Source of the DNA: Trichoplax adhaerens
Taxonomy: Eukaryota; Animalia; Placozoa
NCBI RefSeq assembly: GCF_000150275.1
Contig: NW_002060943.1
Location: 521,915 to 585,914 of the forward strand
Reading direction: 5' to 3'
Length of the DNA stretch: 64,000 bases
The notes under the pieces were generated by a model. That model searched no databases and was not told the DNA's origin. It was given only the letters and a program-made list of their open reading frames with translations. Below, piece by piece: positions 40,288 to 54,300 of this stretch. Position numbers and translations under genes: made by a program. Each line of letters begins with the position of its first letter. Positions within the stretch are counted from its first letter, which is position 1.

Positions 40288-41211
40288 NNNNNNNNNNNNN
40301 NNNNNNNNNNNNNNNNNNNNNNNNNNNNNNNNNNNNNNNNNNNNNNNNNNNNNNNNNNNNNNNNNNNNNNNNNNNNNNNNNNNNNNNNNNNNNNNNNNNN
40401 NNNNNNNNNNNNNNNNNNNNNNNNNNNNNNNNNNNNNNNNNNNNNNNNNNNNNNNNNNNNNNNNNNNNNNNNNNNNNNNNNNNNNNNNNNNNNNNNNNNN
40501 NNNNNNNNNNNNNNNNNNNNNNNNNNNNNNNNNNNNNNNNNNNNNNNNNNNNNNNNNNNNNNNNNNNNNNNNNNNNNNNNNNNNNNNNNNNNNNNNNNNN
40601 NNNNNNNNNNNNNNNNNNNNNNNNNNNNNNNNNNNNNNNNNNNNNNNNNNNNNNNNNNNNNNNNNNNNNNNNNNNNNNNNNNNNNNNNNNNNNNNNNNNN
40701 NNNNNNNNNNNNNNNNNNNNNNNNNNNNNNNNNNNNNNNNNNNNNNNNNNNNNNNNNNNNNNNNNNNNNNNNNNNNNNNNNNNNNNNNNNNNNNNNNNNN
40801 NNNNNNNNNNNNNNNNNNNNNNNNNNNNNNNNNNNNNNNNNNNNNNNNNNNNNNNNNNNNNNNNNNNNNNNNNNNNNNNNNNNNNNNNNNNNNNNNNNNN
40901 NNNNNNNNNNNNNNNNNNNNNNNNNNNNNNNNNNNNNNNNNNNNNNNNNNNNNNNNNNNNNNNNNNNNNNNNNNNNNNNNNNNNNNNNNNNNNNNNNNNN
41001 NNNNNNNNNNNNNNNNNNNNNNNNNNNNNNNNNNNNNNNNNNNNNNNNNNNNNNNNNNNNNNNNNNNNNNNNNNNNNNNNNNNNNNNNNNNNNNNNNNNN
41101 NNNNNNNNNNNNNNNNNNNNNNNNNNNNNNNNNNNNNNNNNNNNNNNNNNNNNNNNNNNNNNNNNNNNNNNNNNNNNNNNNNNNNNNNNNNNNNNNNNNN
41201 NNNNNNNNNNN
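40288..41211. other. Assembly gap (924 N)
   Basis: Run of N; the two X-filled ORFs over it are artefacts. Confidence 1.
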
Positions 41212-41213
41212 CA

Positions 41214-41480
41214 ATCTAGAAAGGGGTCGCTACGTTATCCTTTCACTTCACGCTGGAAGTTAAACTACGGTATATCGATGAGCCTTTGACAGCATATCTA
41301 AAAGGAGGTTACTAAGTTATCCTTTGACTTCATTTTGGCAGTTCAACTCTATCGATGGGCATGGACATCAAAACTGAAAGGAGATTGCTAGGTTATCGTT
41401 TCACTTTGGAAGAGTTAATTTATAGTATATCGAAGGGCTTTTGCTATCAAATCTAAAAAGGAATTGCTACACTATCGTCT
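41214..41480. repeat. Degenerate tandem repeat of about 80 bp, roughly 3.3 copies, abutting the gap
   Basis: atcta(g/a)aaagg...gcta.gttatc.tttcactt...tatcga.g recurs at about 41214, 41295, 41374 and 41451. Confidence 0.75.
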
Positions 41481-43504
41481 CATTTACCCGTGTCTTGAGA
41501 TAATAAACCGCTTTGATGGGTCTTCAACATAAAATTGAATTCGAGATTATTACGTTATCCTCTTACTTCTGTTGTGATATAAACTATCTAGCTTCTATTT
41601 CTAATGAAGCAAGATTCATTCCCTCCCTGAATAGTATATCAACCACGGGGGTCCTCGTTAACATGTCTATCATGACTATTGTACCATTCGAGCGTTTTTA
41701 AATTTTTCGTTGAGCTTTGATGATAAAATGATACTTTATTCACTTCTGATAGTTTTTATTTGGCTTAGATATCTAAAAAATTGACAATGAACCTTCCATA
41801 GCATGAACTACGATTAACATTTACTAAAATTTATTATTCTTATCTTGGCTCTCTCTTGTGGAAGAATGCGATTTTAACAACAGGAAAAACTTACTACCGT
41901 ATTTGTATTTAATGTCAATCCTAATAGCTTGCAGTCATTGCTGCAATCACGATCCTTAGTTTTATTAACTTTCTATTTGAATTAAATTCATTATTAAGAA
42001 GCAATTAATAAATAGCTCATTCTTTCAGCAAAAAAATAATTAATAAACGTGTTCATTTTGCTTTTATTAATTAACTACGTATATCTTTTCACATGAAAAA
42101 TATTCAATTTTTCTATTAATAAGTTCATCAACCTAATCTTCAGCTTAACCGTTTTCAGAAGCTCGTCTATAATCTCGAACGATATTGATGTGGCGCTCCG
42201 TTGAGTCCATAATACTATCGTGAATCAAAGTATTCTTATGATGATAATTAATCAATTTCCTGATGACAGTAGCAGCAAAAAATTGAGATGATGAATTGAT
42301 CGTAGCTTAGATAACTCCTAGCAAGAACATGAATGGGTCGTAATCGAGATTATACAATCCCTTTCTGAGTTAGCAATGATGCAATACTATCCATTGCCTG
42401 AATAAGATCTTGATGATAATCTTTTATTCGAGATAGTATACACAAATTGGGCAAATCACTAATAATCTAGATAAATACGCGTATGTTTGTTTACAACAAC
42501 AGTGAAGTAGTTAGAGGAATGTATCTATAGAGTCAAGGTAGACATATCAGATATGGACGACTACCAAAATCATAATCCGCCATTTAGATCTAAATCTTGA
42601 TTTCATGATGGCCTTATTAACGAATCACCAATGGCCTTCCCGTGATCTTTAATGGAAAATAGCACTTATTACTATCATAACTGTGTTTATTTCGGCGCAG
42701 AAGTTTAGTATCGCATAATATTATCATCTAAGCCAAAGTAATCATGGACGTAAAATTGTTATTAAAACGAACAACTTTAAAATTCAGCTCAAACTAAATT
42801 GAGGGGAAAGCACCAGTTTACAATATAATTCTCAACAAAATGACGTTATCGAATAATGTTAAATTCTAACATGAATAAAGAAGTTGGGCTCACAATTTAC
42901 TAGAATACTTAGTAAAATCGACTGCAATCAAACCAAATAAGTAGTTATTTCTTACAGCTATGAAAGGCATTACAATGCAAAATTCTAAAGAAGAATTTTA
43001 AAATTAGCCTTTATAACACTAATATTCACTGATGTTATTAGTTAGTAAGAGAATGATGATACTTCGATTCAATAACAAGAACAGGAATTATACGCCGGGC
43101 TTCTACTGTTATATGATAATTAAACTATTAAAGTCAAGAAATTATCGGAAATAGCAATAGAAGAATCTTGATATAGTTCAAATAGTACCGGTACCGATGA
43201 TCGAATCAGGATTTGATATGCAGTTGAAAATTGAAACAATATCTCGTCTTTAATTACTATACCTACCGATAGCTATTTAAAAAGTTATTGTAATATTATC
43301 TGTTCATAAAGATGAAAATTATTTTTTACAGTATTGATTTAATTATAAAATCTGAAATCCTATCAGACAAAGCCCATATACAGTGAATAAATTCAACTAC
43401 AAAATAGTTAAGGTAAAGAATCACGTAATCTCATGCTCGGGTTAGGGTTAGCCAGTTAAAGCCCATATGTAGTACAGCTAATAAAATTCGGGAACATAAT
43501 TGTT

Positions 43505-44360
43505 AAACTGTTACTACTAGTATAGTATATTTTTACTACCCTACTAGCAGTTATAATTAAAGAGGGTTAAACGATATTAATTTTAAGAGTAACTAATCCT
43601 AATGATGATGATCAACATCTACTTTGCTACACCAGTTGTAATCACTTTAATGGAAGATATCTTAGCTTTGCACCCTTCCAACTAAACCGCTATTACTAAT
43701 ACAGTATAGTTATAGCTAAAGAGGGTTGAACGATATCAATTTTAAAAATAGCTAATTTAATTAATAATGATCAATATCTACTTTGCTTTACTTGCTGTAA
43801 TCACTGCATTAGAAGATATTTTGGCTCTGCTCTCTTTGAAGCCGTTACGGCTATAATAGTATATACTTGCTACCCTAATAGCAGTTATAGATAATGAGAG
43901 TTCAATAATATTGATTTAAAGAGTAGCTGATCCGATTGATGATGATCAACACATACTTTACTTTACCTGTTGTAATCACTTTATTGGAAGATATCTTGGC
44001 TTTGCACTCATTTAACTTAGCCGTTATTACTAGTGTAGTATGTTTTTACTACCTTAATAGCAGTTACAGTTAAAGAGGGTTAAACGATATTAATTTTAAG
44101 AGTAGCTAATTCAATTGATGATGATCAACGTCTGTTTTGCTTTACCTGCTATAATCACTCCAATGGAAGGTATCTTGGCTTTGCTCCCTTTGAAACTGTT
44201 ATGGCTAATGCATTACTATATGTTCTTTCTAACCTAATAGTAGTTATAGTTAATGAGGGTAAATGATATTAATTTTAAGAATAGCTAATCTAATTCATAC
44301 TGATCAATATCGACTATGCTTTAACTTCTACAATCACTTTAATGGAAGATACCTTGGCAA
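43505..44360. repeat. Degenerate tandem repeat of about 160-180 bp, five copies
   Basis: gagggtt-like anchors at about 43561, 43720, 43897, 44074 and 44255; each unit carries tgatcaa...taatcact.taatggaagatatcttggctttgc. Confidence 0.9.
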
Positions 44361-45367
44361 AGTATGTTTTTAAACCATCATTAACGTAGTATATTTTAGC
44401 AACTTAGATTTGCCGTTCATTTTATATTCTAACGTTCTAAATGATATCGGGAGTTTATGGTGTGTTATGTAAATTTTACAGAAAATAAAGCTAACGGTAT
44501 ATCAAGTCATTATCTCAGATAATGAAGTAAGTCTTTTCCCCAATCGTGATACTGTTTCATGATATTCTAGGTGATTGATTTCCAGTTTCTAAAGCATTTG
44601 TAATCATTATAATAATATACAATTATATTTAATAAGTCGAACACGGCATTATTGTTTCATTATTTGCAAATTCTTAAACTGCATCATTATTAAATTTTTA
44701 TTTAGATGTCCCATTAATATTCTATCATTCCTTATAAGCCCACAATTTGTTCTCTGTAACCTTAACCTATAAAAGCTAAAAATATCTTCATTACAATTAG
44801 TCAAATTCAATTTCTAGCTAAGGGACTCCAATTTCCGCAGGTGCTATATTATTGTATCTGCCCGCTTGGGTTATCAACTTGATTAATTTACGCAAACCAT
44901 TATTGCTTTAAAAATAAACACCAAGTCCAAATGCTAAGATTTTCATCAGCTATTAATGAATTGCATTTTGGTATCGGGTGATATAGCAAAAAGATAGAAA
45001 AGTTAAACTGAATTGCCGCTTCCACATTTTGATGCGGTAATTGCGGATTGCAGTAGCCAATATTAATATGCATCAGCATTATTTCTATGGATTTAATAAG
45101 ATAGTCTTGACTGCGATGGCATATTTATTTATCACACGAATAAGTTTTCCGATGTAATAACTTTCATTCTGTTGATTAATTTGCTCATAAAATAGATGAT
45201 ACGCAAATATATATTTTCAGTGATGATTTCTGTTGATTGTTAAGTAATGTCTGACTATTTTCTGTCCCGCTAGCTAGGACTGAAAATGATGCCAAATTTA
45301 TCAGATCTTTAACAAGAATTTTCTTAGAATTTGGAATCGTCAGTAAAATTGATATCAGCCATTACTA

Positions 45368-48300
45368 ATGGCAAGCAATACTCCAGCGTCCCCGACTACT
45401 GCTACTAGTAATGGCGGTAGCAAGAAGAGAAGGCAGCTACCTGTACCACCATCTTGTCCTAGTCCGATCTTGCAAGGTATGTTTTAAAAATGAATTCACA
45501 TGCTAATTTAACAATTTGTAATAGACACTACCGCAAAGATATGAACTTTTACTTAATACTTGACAGACAGAACTAAAACGGTAATTTCTCTTAATCAAAA
45601 TCCTGACTAAATACTGACTAGCTCTGATAGTTTTTAATTGCATTTGATGCTTTTCTTTTTTGCAATCGACATTGCGTATTTCGTTCAATGCAAATTTAAG
45701 ATTAATAATTGTCTATGATCACTGAGATTCTGAAGAATTATATTTTAATTAAGTGGAGAATTAAACAGGACTCTTTTCAATCATTGCTGATTTTACAGTT
45801 ATTCCAAAAAGTTTACAATTTATATTTTTACTTATTGCGATACTGATGAAGGAACTTGCAGTATTAAGCCAAATCCAAATGTACCGTTATAGATCACATT
45901 TCAATTTTAGCAACAAGCCTAGTTGCATATATGTTATGTACTTTTTCGCTAAGATTATTTAGAGCCTATAATTTATCTGATAATCATTTATGTTATATTT
46001 TAAACTAAATCTATATCCATTAAAATTCTCCGAGTAATTAACATATTTTGAATTAAGTATAATATGATTAGATTAATGTCGGTATTTTATGGCGAAAAGC
46101 TCAGTTATACTGTATTATATGCATGTTATTATCTAGTTAGATACTTCATTTAACTGGAATACTCTCTTAGTACTATGCTATCAAATATATATACACAAGC
46201 AGTAAATTTACGAAAGGCTAGATCTTTCGACGTCTAATTCTAATCAAAATGCGTCTGCAATACATTAAATTTCATAGCAAGAACAATGATGTTATTCTTT
46301 ATATATAGTGTCGATATGTTGTGATAAAAGCTTTAAACTTAAAGACAATTATAATACTAAAATTATTGGAATAGCTTTTAAAAGAGGCAGTCCAATAATC
46401 GGATTTAGTAGAATCGAATATAGGATATGAATAAAAATCGATTGCGGCATTTAGAACTATTGCACTACATTACGTTTCCTGTAATTTGAAGTTATATTAT
46501 AGTTGTACAACATCCCCATGGAATTTTATCATCTTACGGTATTTTTGTTGCTCATTGTAGTTTATGAGGGATGATTTCACTTTCAAGTAAGAGTGCATTA
46601 TAAGCTAAAAATATAAAAATTGATCGACCAAAATTGCATACAGAAAACACTACCTCGGTCTTGTTATACTACCCAGTAGTTACGGTGCAGTGTTACGGCA
46701 AATTTTTATAATCACATCTGTTACTTAATATACTGTAGGAATATATCAAAACATAATTTATGGCTAGTAACACACAGATAGATAAACGAGCTCCGCTAAT
46801 AATTGCATCAGTAGATACAGCTATTGGAATGCTATGAAATTAACCTTTATGAGGAATCAACTCATCTTGCACGCCTGCTGATTTGGTGTCTCTAGTCTGG
46901 CCGATAGTAATTTAAAATTTACAGAAGACGAAATAGATTTTCCTCTTGAATCTTCTTCAATGGATTACCACTACAGATAATACATTTTTGAACGCTATTA
47001 TCGTTAACTTAAATGACGTGAATAAGATTATTCGTAACATGTAGCATCAAAAAAATTTAAATTATTGCGGTAGGGATTGCAATGAAATAGGCGCCTATTT
47101 CTTAGGCCTATAACAACAGGAAGAAAATCGATATTTAAGCTATAAGACTGCAGACGCTAAAAATTTATTATCGTGCTATAAATTTGTTACCGTTACTCAA
47201 TATAAACCTTGATTTTTGATTAAATAAATCAAAGAGAGTCGTCAAATACTTTCTTGTAGCATTTTTTCAAGAGGATAAAAAATAGTCAAAATCTGAGGAG
47301 ATTAACTTCGGAAGTATAAAAGGACATTAAGAAATTCAATTCTCGACTTATTGGAGTTGCTAGATCATGTCCGAATTAAAGCTCACCACCTCTTAATTGG
47401 TATAAAAGTAGTTTCAATTTTTAACCCCAATCCCAAACACGAATGCCGTTCAGTTTGCTTAAAACTCGAATAGTTCACTAAAAATGTTTTTTTATGTCGC
47501 AGTTTGCTGTCTTTTAATCATTCTGATAATTCTAATTCAGTATGGAAGCTATCAAGAATGTTAATTCTCAAACTATGCTCATTTCCACCACATCATATAT
47601 GTAGTTTACCTACAGATTGTTTTGATTACCCCTACAGCACATATTACGTTTAAATGATATTATTAATTTAATAATGTACAGCAGAATGATAGCTGCAGTA
47701 TTTCTTAGTCATTTTTGACAACGAGTGTCAAGTTTCATCATAAGGAATGTACAATGTGCATTGCGCCTTCTGGCAACTTATGAATATCTTTAGCAATTGA
47801 TCTCCATTAATTGCACAGCTTTGAGCGGTTTCATGTTAGGACAAAAGCACTTAGCGACTGGAACTGTTTTCCTCGATCGCATTCCAAGGCATCATCACAA
47901 TAACGGATACATAAAAGAGGGATGATAACCATTATATAATTTGTATCTATTTTTAAAGATGCGATTGAATAATTCAACATTATAAGGTTAAATGTAAACA
48001 TAAAAGCAAAAATTCACAGTATTGACAGTTCTGCTTAGAAAAAATAAAAATAGAAATGATTTAGGGATATTCTGTTTATTTCATAATTAAAAAATGTTGA
48101 CCTAAAAAAAAATAAAAATTCAAGTAAACACCGTTATTCATAGGTAAAGGGGAAGAGAACAAGGAGATTTCTACATTAGCTACTGTAAAATCTAAATAAC
48201 AACTAACAAACTGGATGTAGACGAGATAGATTAAACCAATTAGCGCTAAATTTCAGGTGCTAGTAGCTTTCGTCAAATTTTTGCACTTACTGATATATAC

Positions 48301-51300
48301 TGGCAGGTTAAGTTCAATCCTGTAATTTATCATTATTGATTCTAATAAAAATGAATGATTTGTAGATCTAGGCCAATCATACACGTATTTACTGCATGAT
48401 TAATCTTAATCAATTTTTCTTTAGTATAATGTCAATTTATTTAGCGGCAAATAAAATGAAAATAGGGATATGGAGGTTGGTAAATCCGGCAAAAGCATTC
48501 TTTGGTGTAGGATGATATTTTCACCTCTCGTTGAAAATATTCCTCTTTAACACCGATCACTTTAGTTAATGGATTACATGACTTCTGCCTTTATCATATA
48601 TTCGATTTCATATTTTCAGTTAAATTATAATGAGTTATTATTAGTCATATGAAATATAGAATCAGAAAGATATTGCGATGTCCGACAATTTATTTTGAAT
48701 AGATCAAGTCATTTACTTATTCATGGTTGCGCGTAAATCCGCTTTTATACACACAAATACGCGCATAACGATAATCGACATCTTATTTATTCCAGAGCAA
48801 TGGAATAATTACGTTTTACAATGAATTCCAAGCGGATTTCATTTCCAATCGAGCTCAATACTTATTATTCTATCTGCGAAGCAATAAGAAGGCAAACGTA
48901 ATATCGAATGCTACTATTTTTAAGATGGAGATATCACTCACGTTTATATTATACTGTACATATGCTGCTTCTGTAATTATCGCATTAAAAAAGAATATTA
49001 ACAGACGCATAATTATTAAGGTTACATATATAAGACACCTAAGAAATGTTGATGTAGTCGATACCAATAAACTAATCTATCAAAGCTAACATATTCTAAA
49101 ATGTACTTTGTAGAAAATGGAAAGTTCGACAAGATTGTCCAGAAAGCCATTAAAAACCAATTGATCCGGCAAAATCGTAGCTTTGACTGGGGTCGTAGTG
49201 AAAAGAATGAAAGACCTCAACAACTAAAATGGAGTAAAAGCGTTGATTCACCTACGCCCAATGAGGGTGATGAAATTGATAATAGTGCAGATCAAGACAA
49301 TTCTTCTACCCATAATTATCGAAAATTCGATAGAAATTCATCGATTCCGAATCGAGATTCGCCTAGATCAAATAAGAAGATTACAAGGAATAAGAATGGT
49401 CTAGAATATAATGTTCCTAATCGGGTAAGGCTGAAAACGGTTTAATTATCGTGGCATCTCCATTTAAATTGGTTTTACTCGTAGATTATTAATCGGTAGC
49501 AATAAATTAAAGCAGTAATAGCAACATTTTTATATACGTGGAGAAAAATGTTGGAATTTTATCGATTGATCTTGCTATTAAGTACCGGTATGAAGTTGTA
49601 GCTTAAAAAATTGACAGGAAAAAAATTAAGCCGATTCAAGGCGAAAATTTCAAAAAGCTCTAACACTAAGGGTTATATTTTGAATGATAAACAGAATTTA
49701 TACCAACATTGAACAATAGGGCATATAATTAATTTCGTTTTACTAACAGTCTCTATTACCTTGCCGAAAGGTGCAATTAGATTCATAGATGAGTTTGATT
49801 CGCATTAATGAAAATATCTTAATATCATCGGCCAATCTTACCTATTAAATATGAAATTATAAAGTGATAAGTAGAAAGTTAGTTAATACAGCTAATCTGT
49901 GCTACCGTACTGAAAGGCATACTTAGATTTATAGTATCACTTTGACGCGTATTATTACAAAAATTTAAATTATATCGCTTGATCTTAAAATTAGGTATAA
50001 ATTTTAACTTACGAAATTGCTAAGTAGAAGTTGATTAATGCAATAATCTATAGTACTTTACTGAAAGGCATAATTAGATTATGTAATCATATATCACGTT
50101 GACGCGCATATTAATAAGAACATTTTAATTACATCGATTGACGTTACGAATAGGTATAAAGTTTAACTTGCGAAATTGACAAGTAGAAGTTACGGTAGTT
50201 ACCAATAATCCGTAGTACCTTGCCGACAGTCATAATTAGATTTATGGTATAATTTTGATGTCCATTAATAAAAATATGTAATCTTATTATATATCTATTG
50301 ATCTTTCTATTATGTATGCCAAATTGACAAGCAGAATATTGAGTTAATACAACAGTCTGTATTACTTTTCCGGAAAACATTAACAAAAATATAAAAATAA
50401 ATCTCTGTTGAAAAATAAATTCTTCTTTTAGCCACCTATAGTGACAATCAAGGAGTCAGATGGCGATCAGGCAGTTCCGATTGGTCTTCCAGGCAAAAAG
50501 GTACCACAATTACAAAGATAATTGTTTTCTATTAATGCGATTAAATTAAAGGTTTTAGAGTAAACGCTAATTTTGAATTAGATTTTGCAAATATATTATT
50601 TGCAAGGGCAATTTGAAAGTAAAGCAAAATTCTGCCTAGTAATTAGTTAGTAATTATTCAAATTGATATCAACAGGATCGCTTGCATCGTGCAATCACTT
50701 CGGTATTGAGTAATAATAGCGATGATATCACTTTTGACGACATGGAAGTAGCTCAAATTGTCACTAGAGGCTTATCCGATCATTTAGATTTCGATATTAA
50801 TGATGATATTGAAGCCCATATTAAGACCGCTCCAGTAAAGGTAATGTATACGTTAATGCCTTCAGCAATACTGATGAGAAAAAAAAGAAGTGTTTGAACA
50901 TCCTAGTCATATATACTTTATGTCATGCTTGTTATATAAGTAGTATCAATAGCTACTAAATACTGTAAATTGCATTATAATGAATAATAATCTTGACTAC
51001 AATTCGATAAATATAGTCTGATTTGAAGGCACAGATAACAAGGTTGTGGTTTTAATTACAGTATCGCTATACTTTATACCATGTTTGCGGTATAAGTAGT
51101 ATCAGTAGCAGCTTAAAAACTATAAATCATTTTTAGAAATTTTATAGCGATATGTCCGTATTAATGATATGATCAATGATATAATTATATTATAATTATT
51201 AATAATCTTGACTACAACTTGATAAATAAATATAATCTGACTTGATGACATAGCTATCACGGTTGTTATTTTAAATATAAATATTAATTAAGGTATAGCA

Positions 51301-54300
51301 AGACGCATGAAGTTAAATGGGCTACTTTTTCCTCTAGGACAAATTAGAAATCTTTTTTTATCCCTTTTAAAGTTTACTTAGTATATTATAGTATCTCTTG
51401 ATTTCTTATTAGACTAATAGTGAACAAGAAACACAGCATAATAGTGATGGCCAAAGAGCTAAAGCCAGTAATTCATCCTTTGATGCAGTTTCAACATCTA
51501 CAAGCTCAAAAGGAAGTCAAGAGAATAATACCAATGACCGCCAAGGTTCTACAATCAACTCCAGACCATCTACAATTCTAGATCGACCAACACGCAAACT
51601 ATCGCATGCCATTACTATCGATCAAGAGACATTTAAGCATGGTGATCAAAGTAGAAATGATATAAATCAAAATGGGACAACAGGCACTTCGGAAACTACT
51701 CAAGATAGTCTTCGTCGAGTTTCTATTCCAGTTGTTGTTCAGCCACCAACTCCTAAAGCAACACATAGACCATTAGCCGCCAGTGGCAAGAAAATAAAAG
51801 CATTGCAGGAAGTGATTGCGTCCAATGATAAAGTTGAAATAAGCAAAACAGAATCAGCTGAAAAAAACCTGCGATCAACAAGCGCTTTTCATGATTTACG
51901 CAATGCTACTAAGAGTGATCCTACTAAGCTTTCTATTGAACAAATTAAGAAAAAATATGGTAAAAGTATTGAGAAAACTCGGCGGGTATCGTTCGATGTT
52001 TCAGTTTTGAGAAAAAAGCAACATCTCGATCAAACTGATACCTTGCGCTTACCTAAGCGTAACGGTTCTGGTCACGATTGGAAAGATCTTAAAATCAATC
52101 TATCCAATTCGTTAGGATCAGGAGCGACCAATACCACTAATGCAACCAATCCCAGTAGATTGTCTTCATCGACTGGATTGACTATATCAGCTGCCAGTAG
52201 TACTAAGGATAACTGGTTAACAGTGGATCGTGATTCGTTGAAAAAAAGGCGTAAAGAAGGATCATCGACTGATGTTACAGTATCCAACAATAGTAAAAGT
52301 TTAGGTAGCAAGAAGACATCTGATCACTTAGGGGTTAACAATTCTGTAACGAAACGACGATCTTCTTATGCATTAGATGGTAGATCAAAATCCAGCAATG
52401 AATTAAAAAATATAACTATTAATTTAGGGAGTGATAAAAAGTCATCATCTACTTTACAAATTGATATGAAACAAGTTTATAAAAGTCTTAAGCGGCGAAA
52501 TAGTAGCAATCGAAATATTAAAGCTTCTATAGAGAGTACATCAGTATCATCAGCTGATGAGTTAAAACAGAGAGTTTTTGGTAATCTAATAAGCAAGGCG
52601 ACAACAACGACAGCAGCATCCACAGCAAATACTACAACAACGATAGTATCTCCAACTTCAGCAACGGCATCGGCAATAGCCAGTGCAACACAAGCAAGTA
52701 ATCGAGCATCAGAACATCGTCGAAGGACTGAAGATATAACTAGGAGATTTAACGAGATTAAGAATGCTAATCGAGATAGCAAGTTAATGACAAAGGCCGC
52801 TAGCAATAATGCAAATCCTAATTTAAATACGAGTAATGAAGTAGTTAAAGCCACAAATGAACAAGCAGATAGCGATAGCAAAGTCAATTCTACTCATAAA
52901 CATTCTAGAGTAGTTCGTCAGGCTTCCTATCAGAATGGTCAGGAAGTTAAAAAATTACCGTTAACAAGAACCGATGGCTACTCATCCATAACCGTGCTAA
53001 CTCAATCTGTTGATAGTTCAAGTCAACGGCAGGAAATTGTAACTTCTGGTGCAACGAAAGTAGATAGTTCTGCCAATACTAATAACAACGCCAAACATGC
53101 TACCAGCCACAAGGATAGCCTTGCTAATGAACTTATCCACTCAAATGGTAACGGAAATCATGTTAATGACAAGATGAACAATATTATTGGTGATCATCTT
53201 CAATCTGCAAAATCAGCTAATTCTCATAATAGCAATCATGCTACTGCTGATAGCAGTAATATCAATGTTAGTAATGATAAACCAAATTCGACTACAATTA
53301 AAATTGCATATAGCGATCAGTCTAGCTTTCATCATACGGATAATGCTATACCGGCAGTTAATGATAGCAAGGCCAACCAGAATACTCCCAATAATTTAAG
53401 TCATAGTCACCAGAATGAAGATCAGTCCAGCAGTAATGATAATCAAAATAATCAGAAACTTGGCTCGGTATCTAATAACACTAATTCAAATAGTACTATT
53501 AATAATAATAATTCTACCCTTACTAATAACAAGACTACATCAATACCTAAAATTGGTCGAAGTAGAAAATTACCCAGTATTGATTTAGCTGTTAAGAATG
53601 TATCTCCATCAAGACCGACATCATCGACAACTTCCATCTCTTCTGTTGCTTCCGATGGTATGGCTTTACCAACATCACCAATCGAATCTCCAGTTTCTCC
53701 TGTGTTTGTAACGCCACCATCGACACCATTTGAAATAAAAGAGTCTTCCAATTTTACTTCTCCTTTAGCAATGATGGACAATTTTGAGATATCGGAAGTG
53801 GCTGCAGAGTCACGAATTCAGAGTCCTCCATCCATAATGATCGAGTCTCATACTGGAGCATCCTCAGTATTTACTACTGCTCCATCATCGCCTGTTCAAT
53901 CGCCTGGAGAAACATCAGCTCCAAGTCCACCAAATGTCCTAATAGAGCAAAATAAATTATCAGAAAGCGAGTCACTAGGAAATAATGAATATCCTAAATT
54001 ACCAGCGCCACCACCACCTACACCAGCTCAAGAATTATCATCAGCTCCAGTTTCCGATCAAGAGATCCAGAAACCAACATCGCCTGTTACTGATCAGGAG
54101 AGTCAGAAACCAACATCTCCTGTTACTGATCTAGAAGAAGCGAAAACAACGGGTAAAATATCCAAATATGAAGTAGCTGATTTCTTTAGTCAATTTACAT
54201 CGCAATCCAGTTTCCAGCTACGTTCCAAAAGGGCAAATAGTCTATCGTTAGCGACAGGAAGGGAAGAATCACCGAATGATGATGTGAAAGCACCAGAAAA

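Noticed and set aside
40242-41219. 325-aa and 314-aa ORFs
   Set aside because: Made almost entirely of N-gap codons.
43439-43452. Interstitial telomeric repeat GGGTTAGGGTTAG
   Set aside because: Only two units, which is compatible with chance.
43505-44360. Tandem exon array on the minus strand (AG...GTAAAG in the units)
   Set aside because: Putative exons differ in length (59 versus 63 nt), phases are inconsistent and one copy has an in-frame stop.
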